A stretch of DNA of 64,000 nucleotides. It comes from Bdellovibrionota bacterium (GTDB lineage Bacteria; Bdellovibrionota_C; UBA2361; JBGSMV01). The position numbers and the translations under genes were made by a program. The notes under the pieces were generated by a model. It had not been told where the DNA came from and did not search any database. It saw only the letters and a program-made list of their open reading frames with translations. The stretch spans positions 13,251 through 77,250 of the forward strand of contig JBGSMV010000033.1 of the NCBI GenBank assembly GCA_041739995.1. Direction: 5' to 3'. This document shows, piece after piece, positions 21,701 through 31,477 of this stretch; within the stretch, counting starts at the first letter, position 1; each line of letters starts with the position of its first letter.

Positions 21701-21838
21701 AGCCGCCCCGTTTTACGCCAGGGCACTATATGAAGTCGAGCCATTGGAATCGCAGCCTGCTTTCGAATAGGTCTTCTATTCTTGTTTGGTTAGATCGGGA
21801 AATGCCCTTACCTTGGGGGAATAACCGAAGGGCACTAC

Positions 21839-22813
21839 ATGAATCACTCTTATGAACCTGAAAGGCTTGAACCATCGGCCTCCCCTTTACAGGGCTTACA
21901 GCCTCCTCAGTCGCCGACGGCCATAAATACCCCCGCTGAACTGGTGAAGTCCCTGGACGCCCTAATTCGGACCATAAAGAATACCCATAGAGACCCCGCC
22001 TGGGGACATCCTGACGGACTTAAGCGCGCAGCATCAAATATCGAGGAACTGGTTAAGAATCATGGGCCAAAGGTCATTGAACTGGGCCAAACGTCTGAAA
22101 AGCTGTGCTCGACTCTCACGCGACTAGCCCAAAGTCCAGACAGCGCACCGAAGCTGGTCCTCGCTCTCACTCGCGAAGTGGCCTGCAGTGATGCCATGCT
22201 GGTGGCGCTCTATGTTCTGAAAGCAGCCCTCCCTCAACTGCCGAACAGCTCTCAGCCCCCACTCGATCCCAAGGCTCTAATACGTGACCTTGAACAAACC
22301 CTATCCTCCATCATCGCCCCGAATAAGACATTGATTCCTGATCTTCTTGAAGATTTCGATCACGAAGAGCTAGCGCAAAAACTACGAGTCATTTTGCATG
22401 ATCTCGAAGATGTCTCAGAGCCGGTCAGAGAAACACCTGAGAACACCATTCGGCTTGCATCCGCAGTCGAAGAAGTAGAAACATTCTTCGCCGTGATTGC
22501 CAAGAAGGGTCATCCGCTTACCGCCGTGGTTTCTACCTGGCTCAAGCAAAGAGAACAGCTTAAACAAACCTTAGAAGCCGCGATGAGAGAATTTCATAAG
22601 ATAGAGCTGGAAGGTTCGAGCTTTATCAATCAAGCTTTGGCGAAACGGGCCAGCGGCCCACCGCACGAAAAGTCGGCATCAAACCATGCGGAAGCTAATG
22701 GCACGGCCCCTCAACCAGAACCTTCGAAGGCACCTTCGGGGAAACCTCAACCTCCCGATCTTCCAAAAACCTCCTTCCTGGACGAGATTGAAGGCCTCGA
22801 TGAGATGAAGTAG
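21839..22813 (+). CDS. Hypothetical helical protein with Pro-rich termini, antisense within the dcw cluster
   Basis: 324-aa ORF fills the ftsI-murE gap; no family recognised. Confidence 0.65.
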   Translation: MNHSYEPERLEPSASPLQGLQPPQSPTAINTPAELVKSLDALIRTIKNTHRDPAWGHPDGLKRAASNIEELVKNHGPKVIELGQTSEKLCSTLTRLAQSPDSAPKLVLALTREVACSDAMLVALYVLKAALPQLPNSSQPPLDPKALIRDLEQTLSSIIAPNKTLIPDLLEDFDHEELAQKLRVILHDLEDVSEPVRETPENTIRLASAVEEVETFFAVIAKKGHPLTAVVSTWLKQREQLKQTLEAAMREFHKIELEGSSFINQALAKRASGPPHEKSASNHAEANGTAPQPEPSKAPSGKPQPPDLPKTSFLDEIEGLDEMK

Positions 22814-22875
22814 GCGCCGGGGACCGCCGCAGCAGCACCCCCATTCGATCGGGAAACACGGCAAGAGATGCAAAC

Positions 22876-23010
22876 ATGGGAAAATCAGAGCATTTTCGGC
22901 AGCAAGAAGACCGACAGAAACAAAAAGCTGCCGACAAAGCTGACCGTCTCAAATCCGCGGGACTGAAAGTTAATCCTCAGGCTCCGCGCAAGGGAAACAA
23001 GGGCCCCTAG
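22876..23010 (+). CDS. Putative 44-aa basic small protein (below ORF-track cutoff)
   Basis: MGKSEHFRQQEDRQKQKAADKADRLKSAGLKVNPQAPRKGNKGP*; purine-rich sense strand; follows the 324-aa ORF. Confidence 0.45.
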   Translation: MGKSEHFRQQEDRQKQKAADKADRLKSAGLKVNPQAPRKGNKGP

Positions 23011-23070
23011 TTGAGTGAGACCACTTCAGTATCGATTCACTCCGATGGTCCTCGCAACTCAGGTCTAGCC

Positions 23071-24903
23071 TCAACTGCGAAGAGTCGGTCGCTTGACGCT
23101 TGAAGATTCTTCGCTCACTTCCTGTATGCCAGTGGCACAAGCCGCCGCTTCACGCGGATGAAGCTGCGCTTCAGTGGCCAGAGTCTGCAAGGTCCTCTGC
23201 ATCACGCGCTGAAATACGGGAGCCGCTAGAGTGCCGCCATAAATCGAAGTCGTATTGGGTCGGTCTACCACGATGATAAGCGACAGCGTACGTGAGACCC
23301 CTACCGACGTGCCGTCAGTGAATCCGACGAAAGAAGAAATATAGGCTCCGTCTTCATAGCCCCGACCACCCTCTCGCACCCGCTCTGCAGTTCCGGTTTT
23401 TCCACCAACACGCAGCCCTGGGATAGCGGCTCGCCTGCCAGTGCCATGTTCATCCTCAACCACTGCATACATCATTTCGCGTGCCTGTTCTGCCGCAGTG
23501 GACGAAACTACGCGCTCAGCCCTTGGTCGTTCACGGTCGGCAAAAAGATAAGGCTGTGGTAGAACTCCACCATTTGCGATCGCTGAAACTGCCCGCACTA
23601 CTTGCAAAGGCGTAACGGCAAAACCATGCCCAAACGAGTGTGTTGCTTCATCAACATGCGCCCAGGTCTTAGAGGGTCTTAAGATTCCAGCGGTCGATCC
23701 AGGAAGTCCCAGATTTGAAGATTGTCCAAATCCAAAATGTGAAAGCGTATCTCTCAAACGTTCTTTACCGAACATGAAGCCCACGCGAGACATTCCAATG
23801 TTGGAAGAGCGCACCACCACGTCAAATAACGAGAGTCTGGCATGGGGATGAACGTCCTTAATGGTTGTCCGCCCCACAGTCATGAACCCTTTGCCACAAT
23901 CGAGCATTTCTGCAGAGCCGATTAGCTTCGCATCAATGGCCGCGGCTGCAATCAGCGGTTTAACGGTAGAACCAGGCTCATAGATGGTTTCGACCACGAG
24001 GTTCTTCAACTGATCTTTGTGAGCAATCTTGGCAACATTAAAATTTGCCGCCGGCGCCTGCCCCATTGCAAGAATCTCCCCGGTCTCCGCGTCCATCAGA
24101 ACGCCCATAGTGGTCTTGGCGCGACTCTCTCGCCGACCACGTTCAAGCTCTTGATCTAGAATTTGCTGAAGGGAAGCGTCAACGGTCAGGGAAAGCGAAC
24201 TACCACGCGGCAGGTCGCTGCCCTGATTCCCATCGGCCGAAACCTGGATAAGATTACCAAGCGCATCCTTACGTATCGTCGACTGAACATGCTCGCCATG
24301 TAAAACACGTTCATACTGTTGCTCGAGACCCGACAGCCCCACACCATCTACCCCCACCTTTCCAATCAAGGCACTGGCCGCATGGTTAAACGGATAATAT
24401 CTACGTGATTCGATGACGGACCCTACCCCATCAAGCTGAAGCTCAAGCACCTGTTGCACCGTTGCTCGGGGAAGCTGTCGCTCCACCCACACAAATGGGC
24501 TCTTACTGTTGAGGCGCTCAATCACCAGTGACTTGTTAATCTTAAGGGTCTTGGCAAGCGCAGCAGCAGTAGCGACTTTGTCTTTCACTTGTCCTGGGCG
24601 CACATACACAGAACTGGCAGGCACTGAAACCGCCATCAATCGTCCGCGTCGGTCATAAATAGGACCGCGCTCAGAAGCTAACTTCACCTCGGCAAGATGC
24701 TGTTTCACTGCCCACTCTTGCCAGGTATCTTTATTGGTAATTTGAAGGCTCACCAACCGAGAGACTACAACGCCAGTCCAAGCAAGCGCGACGAACCCTA
24801 AGCACCACACCCGCATGCGTCGCCCGCGAGGAGACACGCAGTCTGGCTCCGGCGACAACCCGCGCGTTACAGTAGCTCGATATTTCCGGCGCTTGGCTTG
24901 CAT
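23071..24903 (-). CDS. ftsI: Division transpeptidase PBP3
   Basis: RGPIYDRRG, RRYYP, GLSGLE, EPGSTVK (SxxK), SSN, GKTGTA. Confidence 0.94.
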   Translation of the reverse strand: MQAKRRKYRATVTRGLSPEPDCVSPRGRRMRVWCLGFVALAWTGVVVSRLVSLQITNKDTWQEWAVKQHLAEVKLASERGPIYDRRGRLMAVSVPASSVYVRPGQVKDKVATAAALAKTLKINKSLVIERLNSKSPFVWVERQLPRATVQQVLELQLDGVGSVIESRRYYPFNHAASALIGKVGVDGVGLSGLEQQYERVLHGEHVQSTIRKDALGNLIQVSADGNQGSDLPRGSSLSLTVDASLQQILDQELERGRRESRAKTTMGVLMDAETGEILAMGQAPAANFNVAKIAHKDQLKNLVVETIYEPGSTVKPLIAAAAIDAKLIGSAEMLDCGKGFMTVGRTTIKDVHPHARLSLFDVVVRSSNIGMSRVGFMFGKERLRDTLSHFGFGQSSNLGLPGSTAGILRPSKTWAHVDEATHSFGHGFAVTPLQVVRAVSAIANGGVLPQPYLFADRERPRAERVVSSTAAEQAREMMYAVVEDEHGTGRRAAIPGLRVGGKTGTAERVREGGRGYEDGAYISSFVGFTDGTSVGVSRTLSLIIVVDRPNTTSIYGGTLAAPVFQRVMQRTLQTLATEAQLHPREAAACATGIQEVSEESSSVKRPTLRS

Positions 24904-24907
24904 AGTC

Positions 24908-25225
24908 CTAATAGCTCACTTCAATAGCATTTTGCGCGGAGACATTTCTTAACCCAAGCTCAGCGCGCGCGCGAGCCTGTAATGCATCGGGACGCAACAA
25001 AACTGAGCGTTCCAGTTCAAGTTCTCGGCGTTCCATATCCAACGCAAGCAGCATTTGACGTTGCTCAGCCAACTTGTATCCAAGGTCCACGCTCTCGAGC
25101 TTGACCCACACCTTTAGTGTCAGCGCCAATATCAGCAACAACCCCGCACCAAATTGCAAACGCACCGACACCACTCGCTCAGCGGGACGAGTATAGACAG
25201 ACTGATAATCAAGACAGATAGCCAT
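24908..25225 (-). CDS. ftsL: Cell division protein FtsL-like (start re-called at ATG 25225)
   Basis: Short cytoplasmic N-terminus, one TM, coiled coil ending ARAELGL; lies between rsmH and ftsI. Confidence 0.75.
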   Translation of the reverse strand: MAICLDYQSVYTRPAERVVSVRLQFGAGLLLILALTLKVWVKLESVDLGYKLAEQRQMLLALDMERRELELERSVLLRPDALQARARAELGLRNVSAQNAIEVSY

Positions 25226-25247
25226 GTGACTCCACACCCCTTACTAC

Positions 25248-26264
25248 TTAATCAAACTCAAATACGCGCAGACGCGCACTACGCGCTCGAGAATTGCGCG
25301 CCACTTCTTCTTCCGACGGAACTACGGGTTTGCGGGTAATGATGGTACCCACCGGGCGCCCTTGCTGAACCAGGTCGCTGCGACTATTTGCTTGGGTCTC
25401 CGCGTCCGCCGTAGGCTTACGCGGCTCTCGCACCCGACTTTCCCGCCACATGGCAGGCAACGCTTCCCCAGATTCCCAACGACGCATACGCTGCGCGACT
25501 AACTTGTCTTCTCCGCTATGAAAGGTGATGGCAGCGAACCTACCTTTTGACTTCATCAAATTGGGCACGCAATCAAGGAGCTGCGAGATCTGCTGGAGCT
25601 CTTGATTGACCTCCATGCGAATGGCCTGGAATGGCACCGTCGCAGGGTGAAAGCCCGGCTTGATCATTCGTTTGGGCGTAGCAGACAGCATCAAATCCGC
25701 CAGGGCCTTCGATGAAACAATTGGTCGATTTCTGACGATGGCGCGCGCAAGCGCCTTGGCGTTCTCACCGACTCCGCCCTGCTTAAAGGCGATGAACAAA
25801 TCTCGCTCAGGGTAGTTGTTGACGACCTCGTCGGCGCTCCTGCTTGATGACTCATCCATTCGCATGTCGAGCGCTGACTCATCGTTGAAGGAAAACCCTC
25901 TGTCTTCATCGATCTGATCACTAGACAGCCCCAGATCCGCGAGCACTCCGTCAAAGGTTCGCTCTCCGCACACACTGGACAAATCCGCAAAGGATGCGTG
26001 AACAAGCTCGAGTCTCGGCTTGCCCTCGATCCATTTTTGCAGAGAAGTTGAGGCACGTTCTAGTGCGCGCGCATCCCGGTCGATCGCCATCACCTCATTT
26101 TGAGAGTTTCCAGTAAGCATCAAGGTAGTATGCCCGCCACCGCCTAGGGTGCAGTCCAAGAATTGTCCGCCAGCTTTCAAGCGCAACAAGTCAGAAACTT
26201 CAGATGGCATGACAGAAACGTGAACTGTGGTCGTACCTCCTCCCTGAATCTCTGCGGTAATCAT
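25248..26264 (-). CDS. rsmH: 16S rRNA m4C1402 methyltransferase
   Basis: HVSVM, DCTLGGGGH, DLGLSS, LDMRMD, FQAIRMEVNQEL, ITFHSGED, RARSARLR. Confidence 0.96.
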   Translation of the reverse strand: MITAEIQGGGTTTVHVSVMPSEVSDLLRLKAGGQFLDCTLGGGGHTTLMLTGNSQNEVMAIDRDARALERASTSLQKWIEGKPRLELVHASFADLSSVCGERTFDGVLADLGLSSDQIDEDRGFSFNDESALDMRMDESSSRSADEVVNNYPERDLFIAFKQGGVGENAKALARAIVRNRPIVSSKALADLMLSATPKRMIKPGFHPATVPFQAIRMEVNQELQQISQLLDCVPNLMKSKGRFAAITFHSGEDKLVAQRMRRWESGEALPAMWRESRVREPRKPTADAETQANSRSDLVQQGRPVGTIITRKPVVPSEEEVARNSRARSARLRVFEFD

Positions 26265-26809
26265 AGGTCCACCTCTGAGAAGATGGTCGGATCACTCATG
26301 AGTGCTTCTTCGGCCTGAGAGAAGACTACGGCCCAAACTCTAGAATCCCACAGACGAAAGCCGTGAATGGAAGAAGTAAACGTGCAGTCGCGCTCGAGGC
26401 CAGCGTACTGCCTTAGGTGAGAGGGCACGAGGATTCTGCCTGCCGCATCGATAGAGCATTCACCCGCTCGGCTAAGGTAAAAGTTTTCTAATTTTTGCAA
26501 CTTTGGATCAAAGCGACTCTTAGCGCGCAGTCTTTTCTCAAAGGCATGCCATGCCGAAAGGCCGAAACCCTCTAAGCATCGCGAGCCATCGGAGACGTAG
26601 TTGGTAAGGACGATTGATTCATCGCCAACGTCCCCAAGTGTCTTGCGGAATTCTACTGGCAGACTTACTCGGCCTTTCTCATCGAGTGCGTGTGAAAAGT
26701 TGCCGCGGAAGACTGCGCTCTCAGTGGGCTGCGCTTCATGAGCGTGACCATCTCCACTGGCCGCAACCAGCTTTGATTTTTCCTTTGAAGTCACACGTGT
26801 CGGCGACAT
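26261..26809 (-). CDS. mraZ: dcw transcriptional regulator MraZ
   Basis: FRGNFSHALDEKGRVSLP and IDAAGRILVP twin AbrB-like motifs. Confidence 0.95.
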   Translation of the reverse strand: MSPTRVTSKEKSKLVAASGDGHAHEAQPTESAVFRGNFSHALDEKGRVSLPVEFRKTLGDVGDESIVLTNYVSDGSRCLEGFGLSAWHAFEKRLRAKSRFDPKLQKLENFYLSRAGECSIDAAGRILVPSHLRQYAGLERDCTFTSSIHGFRLWDSRVWAVVFSQAEEALMSDPTIFSEVDL

Positions 26810-26875
26810 GCGGTCCCTAAGCAGATTGAAGTTACTTTTGGCGAATAGAGTCGAGTGACCTACAGAACCGGCTCA

Positions 26876-26910
26876 TCCACCTAATCCCATTTTCTCCCAC
26901 CCAATCCCAC
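26876..26910 (-). promoter_or_regulatory. MraZ operator: four (G/A)TGG(G/A) boxes at 10-bp period
   Basis: Minus strand reads GTGGG-attgg-GTGGG-agaaa-ATGGG-attag-GTGGA, matching the established TGGGN-N5 MraZ site. Confidence 0.85.
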
Positions 26911-26911
26911 C

Positions 26912-26940
26912 AATGTACGTGTCGACACCCACTCCGTCAA
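26912..26940 (-). promoter_or_regulatory. sigma70 promoter of the dcw operon
   Basis: TTGACG-N17-TACATT immediately upstream of the MraZ boxes. Confidence 0.75.
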
Positions 26941-27229
26941 TCGAGAAGATTTGGTAACTATCGAATTAGACTATAGAAAAAGACTCGAAACGTCGGGTGA
27001 CAGGTATAGAGATGGCAGAAGTTGAGACGTGTGGACGTTTCAGACGTCCCACCTCAGCTTCGTGTCGAATTTTCGTCCGTCCTACCTCGCCATAGCTGGG
27101 CTTACCGGAATTTCACGATGTGGAAGTAGTCGACTACGGCATGACGTACAATTTCGTATACAAATAAAGCAGCTACGTGCGATACGAGCTACGCGACGTT
27201 CTCTTGTAAATTCACCAACGGAGATGCCA

Positions 27230-28336
27230 ATGCTTAGAAAGTTATTTGATTTCTGTGGCGCTCTCTTGACCGCCCTAGCGCTGTTTTCTCAAAGCGTAGC
27301 GGTTAATGCAGAAGTTGAGCCTCGCGCGGTAGGCGTAATAATTCCCTTAAGTGGTCCCATGGCTGATTGGGGACATTCAATCCAACTCGGAATTGAGTTT
27401 GCTGCAAAACAATCTACCTCAAAAGTTCAGTATATCTTCGAAGACGAAGCTGCTTGTGACGCCAAGAAAGCGCTCAGTGCTGCACAAAAATTAATAGAGC
27501 TCGACAAGGTGTCGCTCCTTCTGACGGGCTGCCTTAATGGAACTCTATCCGTACTACCGGTTGCAAAGAAGGCAGATGTATTAGTGGTATCGCTTGGCCT
27601 GGTCAACGACGCACTTGCCGCTCAGAATCGCGATAGCTTAATAACTCCTTCGGCCAGTATTACGGCTGAGGCTGACGGAATTTCACAACTCTTAAAGGTG
27701 GACGGGAAGAAGAAGCTTGCCGTAGTTCGTGTTGAAGATAATTTCACAGAAGAGGTGATGCGCGGTCTTAAGGAGTATTCCTTGAGAGATGGGTGGGAAC
27801 TCGTCGCGGATGAAAGATTAACATTTGATACGACTGATTTTAGACCATCATTACTAAAGATCTCTCGGCAGCAAGGTGCGGATTCCGTGTTGATTTACTC
27901 TAGCTCAGAACAAGTTGTCACCGCTGTGCGACAATTAAAGGAGTTGAATATTACCTCAGTAGCGCCCTATGCCGGCTACGTGATCGAAGCCGATCCTCCA
28001 CCAGCAAACAATATGGAGCTACTAAACGGGGTTCGTTACGCGGCTGCGGTAACTCCATTTGACGATGAGTTAAGTAGGTATCTCGCTTCCCAAAAGTCTA
28101 AAGAAACCTTCCAAACTAGAGTTGCAGCGGACGTTGTTCCGGACATCGCCACAGCCATAGAAGCGTGCCCAAACCCATCGAATCGAACCAACTGCTTCCG
28201 AAATTCCTTAACCGCGAGAACCAAAGAATCGTTAGCTTTCTCTGGGAGCTTCTTTTACAACGAAGATGGAATGGCACAAAGGGTAGTGCGCGGGAAGGTG
28301 GTACGAGATGGAGCGTTTCATTGGGCAGGTGAGTGA
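27230..28336 (+). CDS. Orphan LivJ-like (type I periplasmic) ABC substrate-binding protein
   Basis: GGAG SD before ATG 27230; signal peptide; VGVIIPLSG..A..G, FEDEAACD..KALSAAQKLI, TDFRPSLLKI. Confidence 0.85.
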   Translation: MLRKLFDFCGALLTALALFSQSVAVNAEVEPRAVGVIIPLSGPMADWGHSIQLGIEFAAKQSTSKVQYIFEDEAACDAKKALSAAQKLIELDKVSLLLTGCLNGTLSVLPVAKKADVLVVSLGLVNDALAAQNRDSLITPSASITAEADGISQLLKVDGKKKLAVVRVEDNFTEEVMRGLKEYSLRDGWELVADERLTFDTTDFRPSLLKISRQQGADSVLIYSSSEQVVTAVRQLKELNITSVAPYAGYVIEADPPPANNMELLNGVRYAAAVTPFDDELSRYLASQKSKETFQTRVAADVVPDIATAIEACPNPSNRTNCFRNSLTARTKESLAFSGSFFYNEDGMAQRVVRGKVVRDGAFHWAGE

Positions 28337-28405
28337 GCCGTCCTCTTGACGCTCCGTACTGCTCTCATGTCGACTCACCGCAATCGACAGCCCGATCCAT
28401 TTCCC

Positions 28406-28453
28406 AAAAAAAAGCCCCGAAGTAACTGAATGAAGCTACTTGGGGGCTTATTT
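28406..28453. terminator. Intrinsic terminator, probably bidirectional
   Basis: A8 + GCCCCGAAGTA...TACTTGGGGGC + TTATTT between convergent genes. Confidence 0.75.
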
Positions 28454-28494
28454 GAGACACTCCGTCGGAGGACACCTCCCGCTTCGGTGCTGGG

Positions 28495-30858
28495 TCACCC
28501 GTCCTGGCCGCCCTTTACTGCCTCTACATTACGCACCAACTCCACGAACTCTCGTCGATGCCCGGCCTTGTCCTCTCCCACCGCAGCGCTACTGATTGAA
28601 GCAATCTCTTTGAACGAGAGCTCTGGCGCGTACTGACTCTGTCTTAGCTTGTGGGCGAAAGCAGACACGGCAGCTACAAATCTAAAATCAGAAGTTGCCG
28701 CATCAAAACTCTGCTTTACCTTCTCTCGTAAGAGCGGAAAGGTCAGTAATTTCGACTTATCACCTTCAGGCTCCTTGAAGCGGATTTTTAAGAACGCAAG
28801 CTCTTCGCCAAAGCTTGCCTCGACCGCCTTCGCTGTCGGCTTGACTTGAGTATAGCGGTGCTCGGTTTCAAGGTTATTCGCCGCATCCGTACCGACAAGA
28901 ACAATCTCATAGAGCGCAGTAACCGTATGCCCTACCCCGATTTCGCCGGCGTCAATGCGATCGTTGGCGAAATCCTCGTTCTTAAGCTTTCGATTCTCAT
29001 ACCCAAGCAAGCGATACTGAGCGACGTGCTTTGGATTAAATTCAATCTGAAGCTTCACGTCTTTTGCCACGACTTGAATCGTTCCGTGTAAGCTCTCCTC
29101 AAACACCTTACGAGCTTCCTTGAACGTATCAATGTAGAAGTAATTTCCATTCCCTTTATTGGCCAGCTGCTCCATCATGGCCTCATTATAGTTTCCCGAC
29201 CCAAATCCCAAGGTGGTCAAAGTAATACCGCCCTTGCGTTTCTCCTCAATCAGCCGAATCAGCTCATCTTGGTTCGTCATGCCAACATTAAAGTCGCCAT
29301 CAGTGGCAAGAATAACTCGGTTGGAACCGCCCTTAATGAAAGCGTCTTTCGCGGTTTGGTATGCCTGCATGATACCTGCTGAGCCGTGAGTACTCCCTCC
29401 CGAAGACAGTTGAGCAATCGCTGAGAGAATCTTGGAGCGCTCTCCCACTTCGGTCGGAGGCAAGAGCAGCCCCGAAGACCCGGCGTAGGTCACAATGCTG
29501 ACCTTGTCGCCTGGACGCATCTTATTGGTCAAAAGCTCTAACGACTTTTGCACCAGCGGCAGCTTATCTGGGCTGTTCATCGAGCCAGACACATCCACCA
29601 AAAAGACCAGGTTCCAAGGTACTTGTTCATCCGCACTGGACGCGTCTTGAGCCTTGATGCCAATTTTCAACAGGAACTTTCCGTCCTTGTCTGGCGAAGG
29701 TGCTGCTTCAAAGTTGGCACTAAAAGGGTCAGAGCCTTGATGCGGATAGCTATAGTCAAAGTAATTGATAAACTCTTCAACTCGAACGGCATCGGAAGGT
29801 GGAAGCTGCCCTTGCTGCAAGAAGCGTCTCACATTGGTATAGCTTCCCGTATCAACATCAATGCTAAAGGTCGACACTGGCTGATCGCTGGTCAGCGTAG
29901 GCACATTCTCTGATACACTCCCGTACCGCTCTGTATTTGCCTTTTGCTGCCAAGAGAAATCTGGCGGGTACGGCATGCTGTGGCGCCCGATGGTGGAGGA
30001 ATCGACCAGTCCCGCTGGAGCCTTCATCACCAAGTCGTCCACGGCACCCATCTCCGTCGCAGCCTGATTCAATTCTTTCTTGGGCGCCAAGACGCGGGAG
30101 CTCTCCGGTGCCGCAGCTCCAGCTGCTGTCGCCCCGCGCTCGTCTCGGTCTCGCGGCGCTGAGGGCACCAGAGCTTGCACAGCATTCGACGACTCACTCA
30201 ACTTAGCTATTTGTTTCTTGAATATCTCGGTTGTTCTTTGTTCAGATTCCACTGGAACGTTTGGTGCGATGTCGCCACCAAACGCTGTGACCAAATCTTG
30301 GTATAGGGGGATTCCGCTCTCAGAGGTTTTTTTCGTGAGTTCACCAGAACTATTGTTGCTGCCCTGTTCTGCCTCGTTTATTGAATTCAGGGGCTCAAGT
30401 AGCTCAGGACCATCTTTCTCCTTTGAACCGATGGCCCTTTCTTTCTTCTCAAGCAGGGCCGGCTCAGCCGCCTGCTGCAGAGGCATGAGGCGATTGGCCT
30501 GATAGGCCCTAAACTCAGGGCTATAGAACACGGTAAGACCGAGTGAAATCACTGCGAGACTGGCAAGTCCTGCAACCAATGGACGTGAGGGGTTTCTAAT
30601 TTCCATGAACAGTTTCCTTAAAAAACCTGGCCGATATTTAACTTCGGCCATGACTTTAGAAACGAACCGTTCATCTAGTACAAAGTGCTCACGAGCAGCT
30701 TCTTTTTCCATCAGAACGATCCGACGATAGCTCTGAAGGTCAGCTTGAAGCTCCTCACTCGAAGAGAGAGCCGCTTCAAACCGCGCCTTCTCTTCTTCAG
30801 ACAAAGTTCCCTCAATATAGTTCAAAAAATCTTTCTCAAATCTTTTTAGCGAGCTCAT
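28495..30858 (-). CDS. Anti-sigma-like N-terminal domain + TM + YfbK-type vWA domain
   Basis: Start ATG 30858 overlaps the sigma stop (ATGA); STFSIDVDTGSY, VRVEEFINYF, MIDAS DVSGS, LATDGDFNVG, GYENRKL, DAGEIG. Confidence 0.88.
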   Translation of the reverse strand: MSSLKRFEKDFLNYIEGTLSEEEKARFEAALSSSEELQADLQSYRRIVLMEKEAAREHFVLDERFVSKVMAEVKYRPGFLRKLFMEIRNPSRPLVAGLASLAVISLGLTVFYSPEFRAYQANRLMPLQQAAEPALLEKKERAIGSKEKDGPELLEPLNSINEAEQGSNNSSGELTKKTSESGIPLYQDLVTAFGGDIAPNVPVESEQRTTEIFKKQIAKLSESSNAVQALVPSAPRDRDERGATAAGAAAPESSRVLAPKKELNQAATEMGAVDDLVMKAPAGLVDSSTIGRHSMPYPPDFSWQQKANTERYGSVSENVPTLTSDQPVSTFSIDVDTGSYTNVRRFLQQGQLPPSDAVRVEEFINYFDYSYPHQGSDPFSANFEAAPSPDKDGKFLLKIGIKAQDASSADEQVPWNLVFLVDVSGSMNSPDKLPLVQKSLELLTNKMRPGDKVSIVTYAGSSGLLLPPTEVGERSKILSAIAQLSSGGSTHGSAGIMQAYQTAKDAFIKGGSNRVILATDGDFNVGMTNQDELIRLIEEKRKGGITLTTLGFGSGNYNEAMMEQLANKGNGNYFYIDTFKEARKVFEESLHGTIQVVAKDVKLQIEFNPKHVAQYRLLGYENRKLKNEDFANDRIDAGEIGVGHTVTALYEIVLVGTDAANNLETEHRYTQVKPTAKAVEASFGEELAFLKIRFKEPEGDKSKLLTFPLLREKVKQSFDAATSDFRFVAAVSAFAHKLRQSQYAPELSFKEIASISSAAVGEDKAGHRREFVELVRNVEAVKGGQDG

Positions 30859-31415
30859 AGTTCTCCTCCTCGCTTCACGCACTCTTTTAACATTAACCGT
30901 GCTCGATTAAGCCTTGAACGAACCGTGCCAACAGGTATCGCCAGTGAGAGCGCTACTTCTTCGTAGCTCTGCTCTTCAAAACCACACAAAGACACCACTT
31001 CGCGCAAATCGCTCTTAAGCTTCCTGAAACATCCACGAAACAGTGCCACCAATTCTTTCGCAATGACTGGGTCGTGGTCGGACTGCCCTACTTCCTTTAT
31101 GTGCTCGTCCTCTAGAGGAACATTGGCTTGCTCCATAACCGCGCGACGTGAAGAAAAGTAGGAGCGCGTTGTATTTAGCGCGATGCGGGTAAGCCAGGTG
31201 CGAAACGATGAGTCTCCACGGAACTTTGAAAGCGCTCGGTACGCTCTCACGAAAGTATCCTGCGCCAGCTCTTCTGCAACCTCACGATTGTTTAACTGCC
31301 GCCCAATTACGGCGAAGACATAATTCTTATGCCGCGAGACAAGCTCACGAAATGCGTCGTCAGAGCCTTGCTGCGCTTGGCTCACCAAACTTTCGTCCGA
31401 GGAGTCTTGCTCCAT
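30855..31415 (-). CDS. ECF RNA polymerase sigma factor
   Basis: AEELAQDTFVRAY, FRGDSSFRTWLTRIALN, SYEEVA..LAIPVGTVRSRLNRAR. Confidence 0.95.
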   Translation of the reverse strand: MEQDSSDESLVSQAQQGSDDAFRELVSRHKNYVFAVIGRQLNNREVAEELAQDTFVRAYRALSKFRGDSSFRTWLTRIALNTTRSYFSSRRAVMEQANVPLEDEHIKEVGQSDHDPVIAKELVALFRGCFRKLKSDLREVVSLCGFEEQSYEEVALSLAIPVGTVRSRLNRARLMLKECVKRGGEL

Positions 31416-31450
31416 AATCTCCTAAGATCTCCGTAGCGCTCTATAGGCTA

Positions 31451-31477
31451 TAGACCAGAACTCCAGTGAATAGTTCC
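31451..31477 (-). promoter_or_regulatory. ECF-type (sigmaE-like) promoter, likely autoregulatory
   Basis: Minus strand GGAACT-N16-GTCTA, 36 nt upstream of the sigma ATG. Confidence 0.7.
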
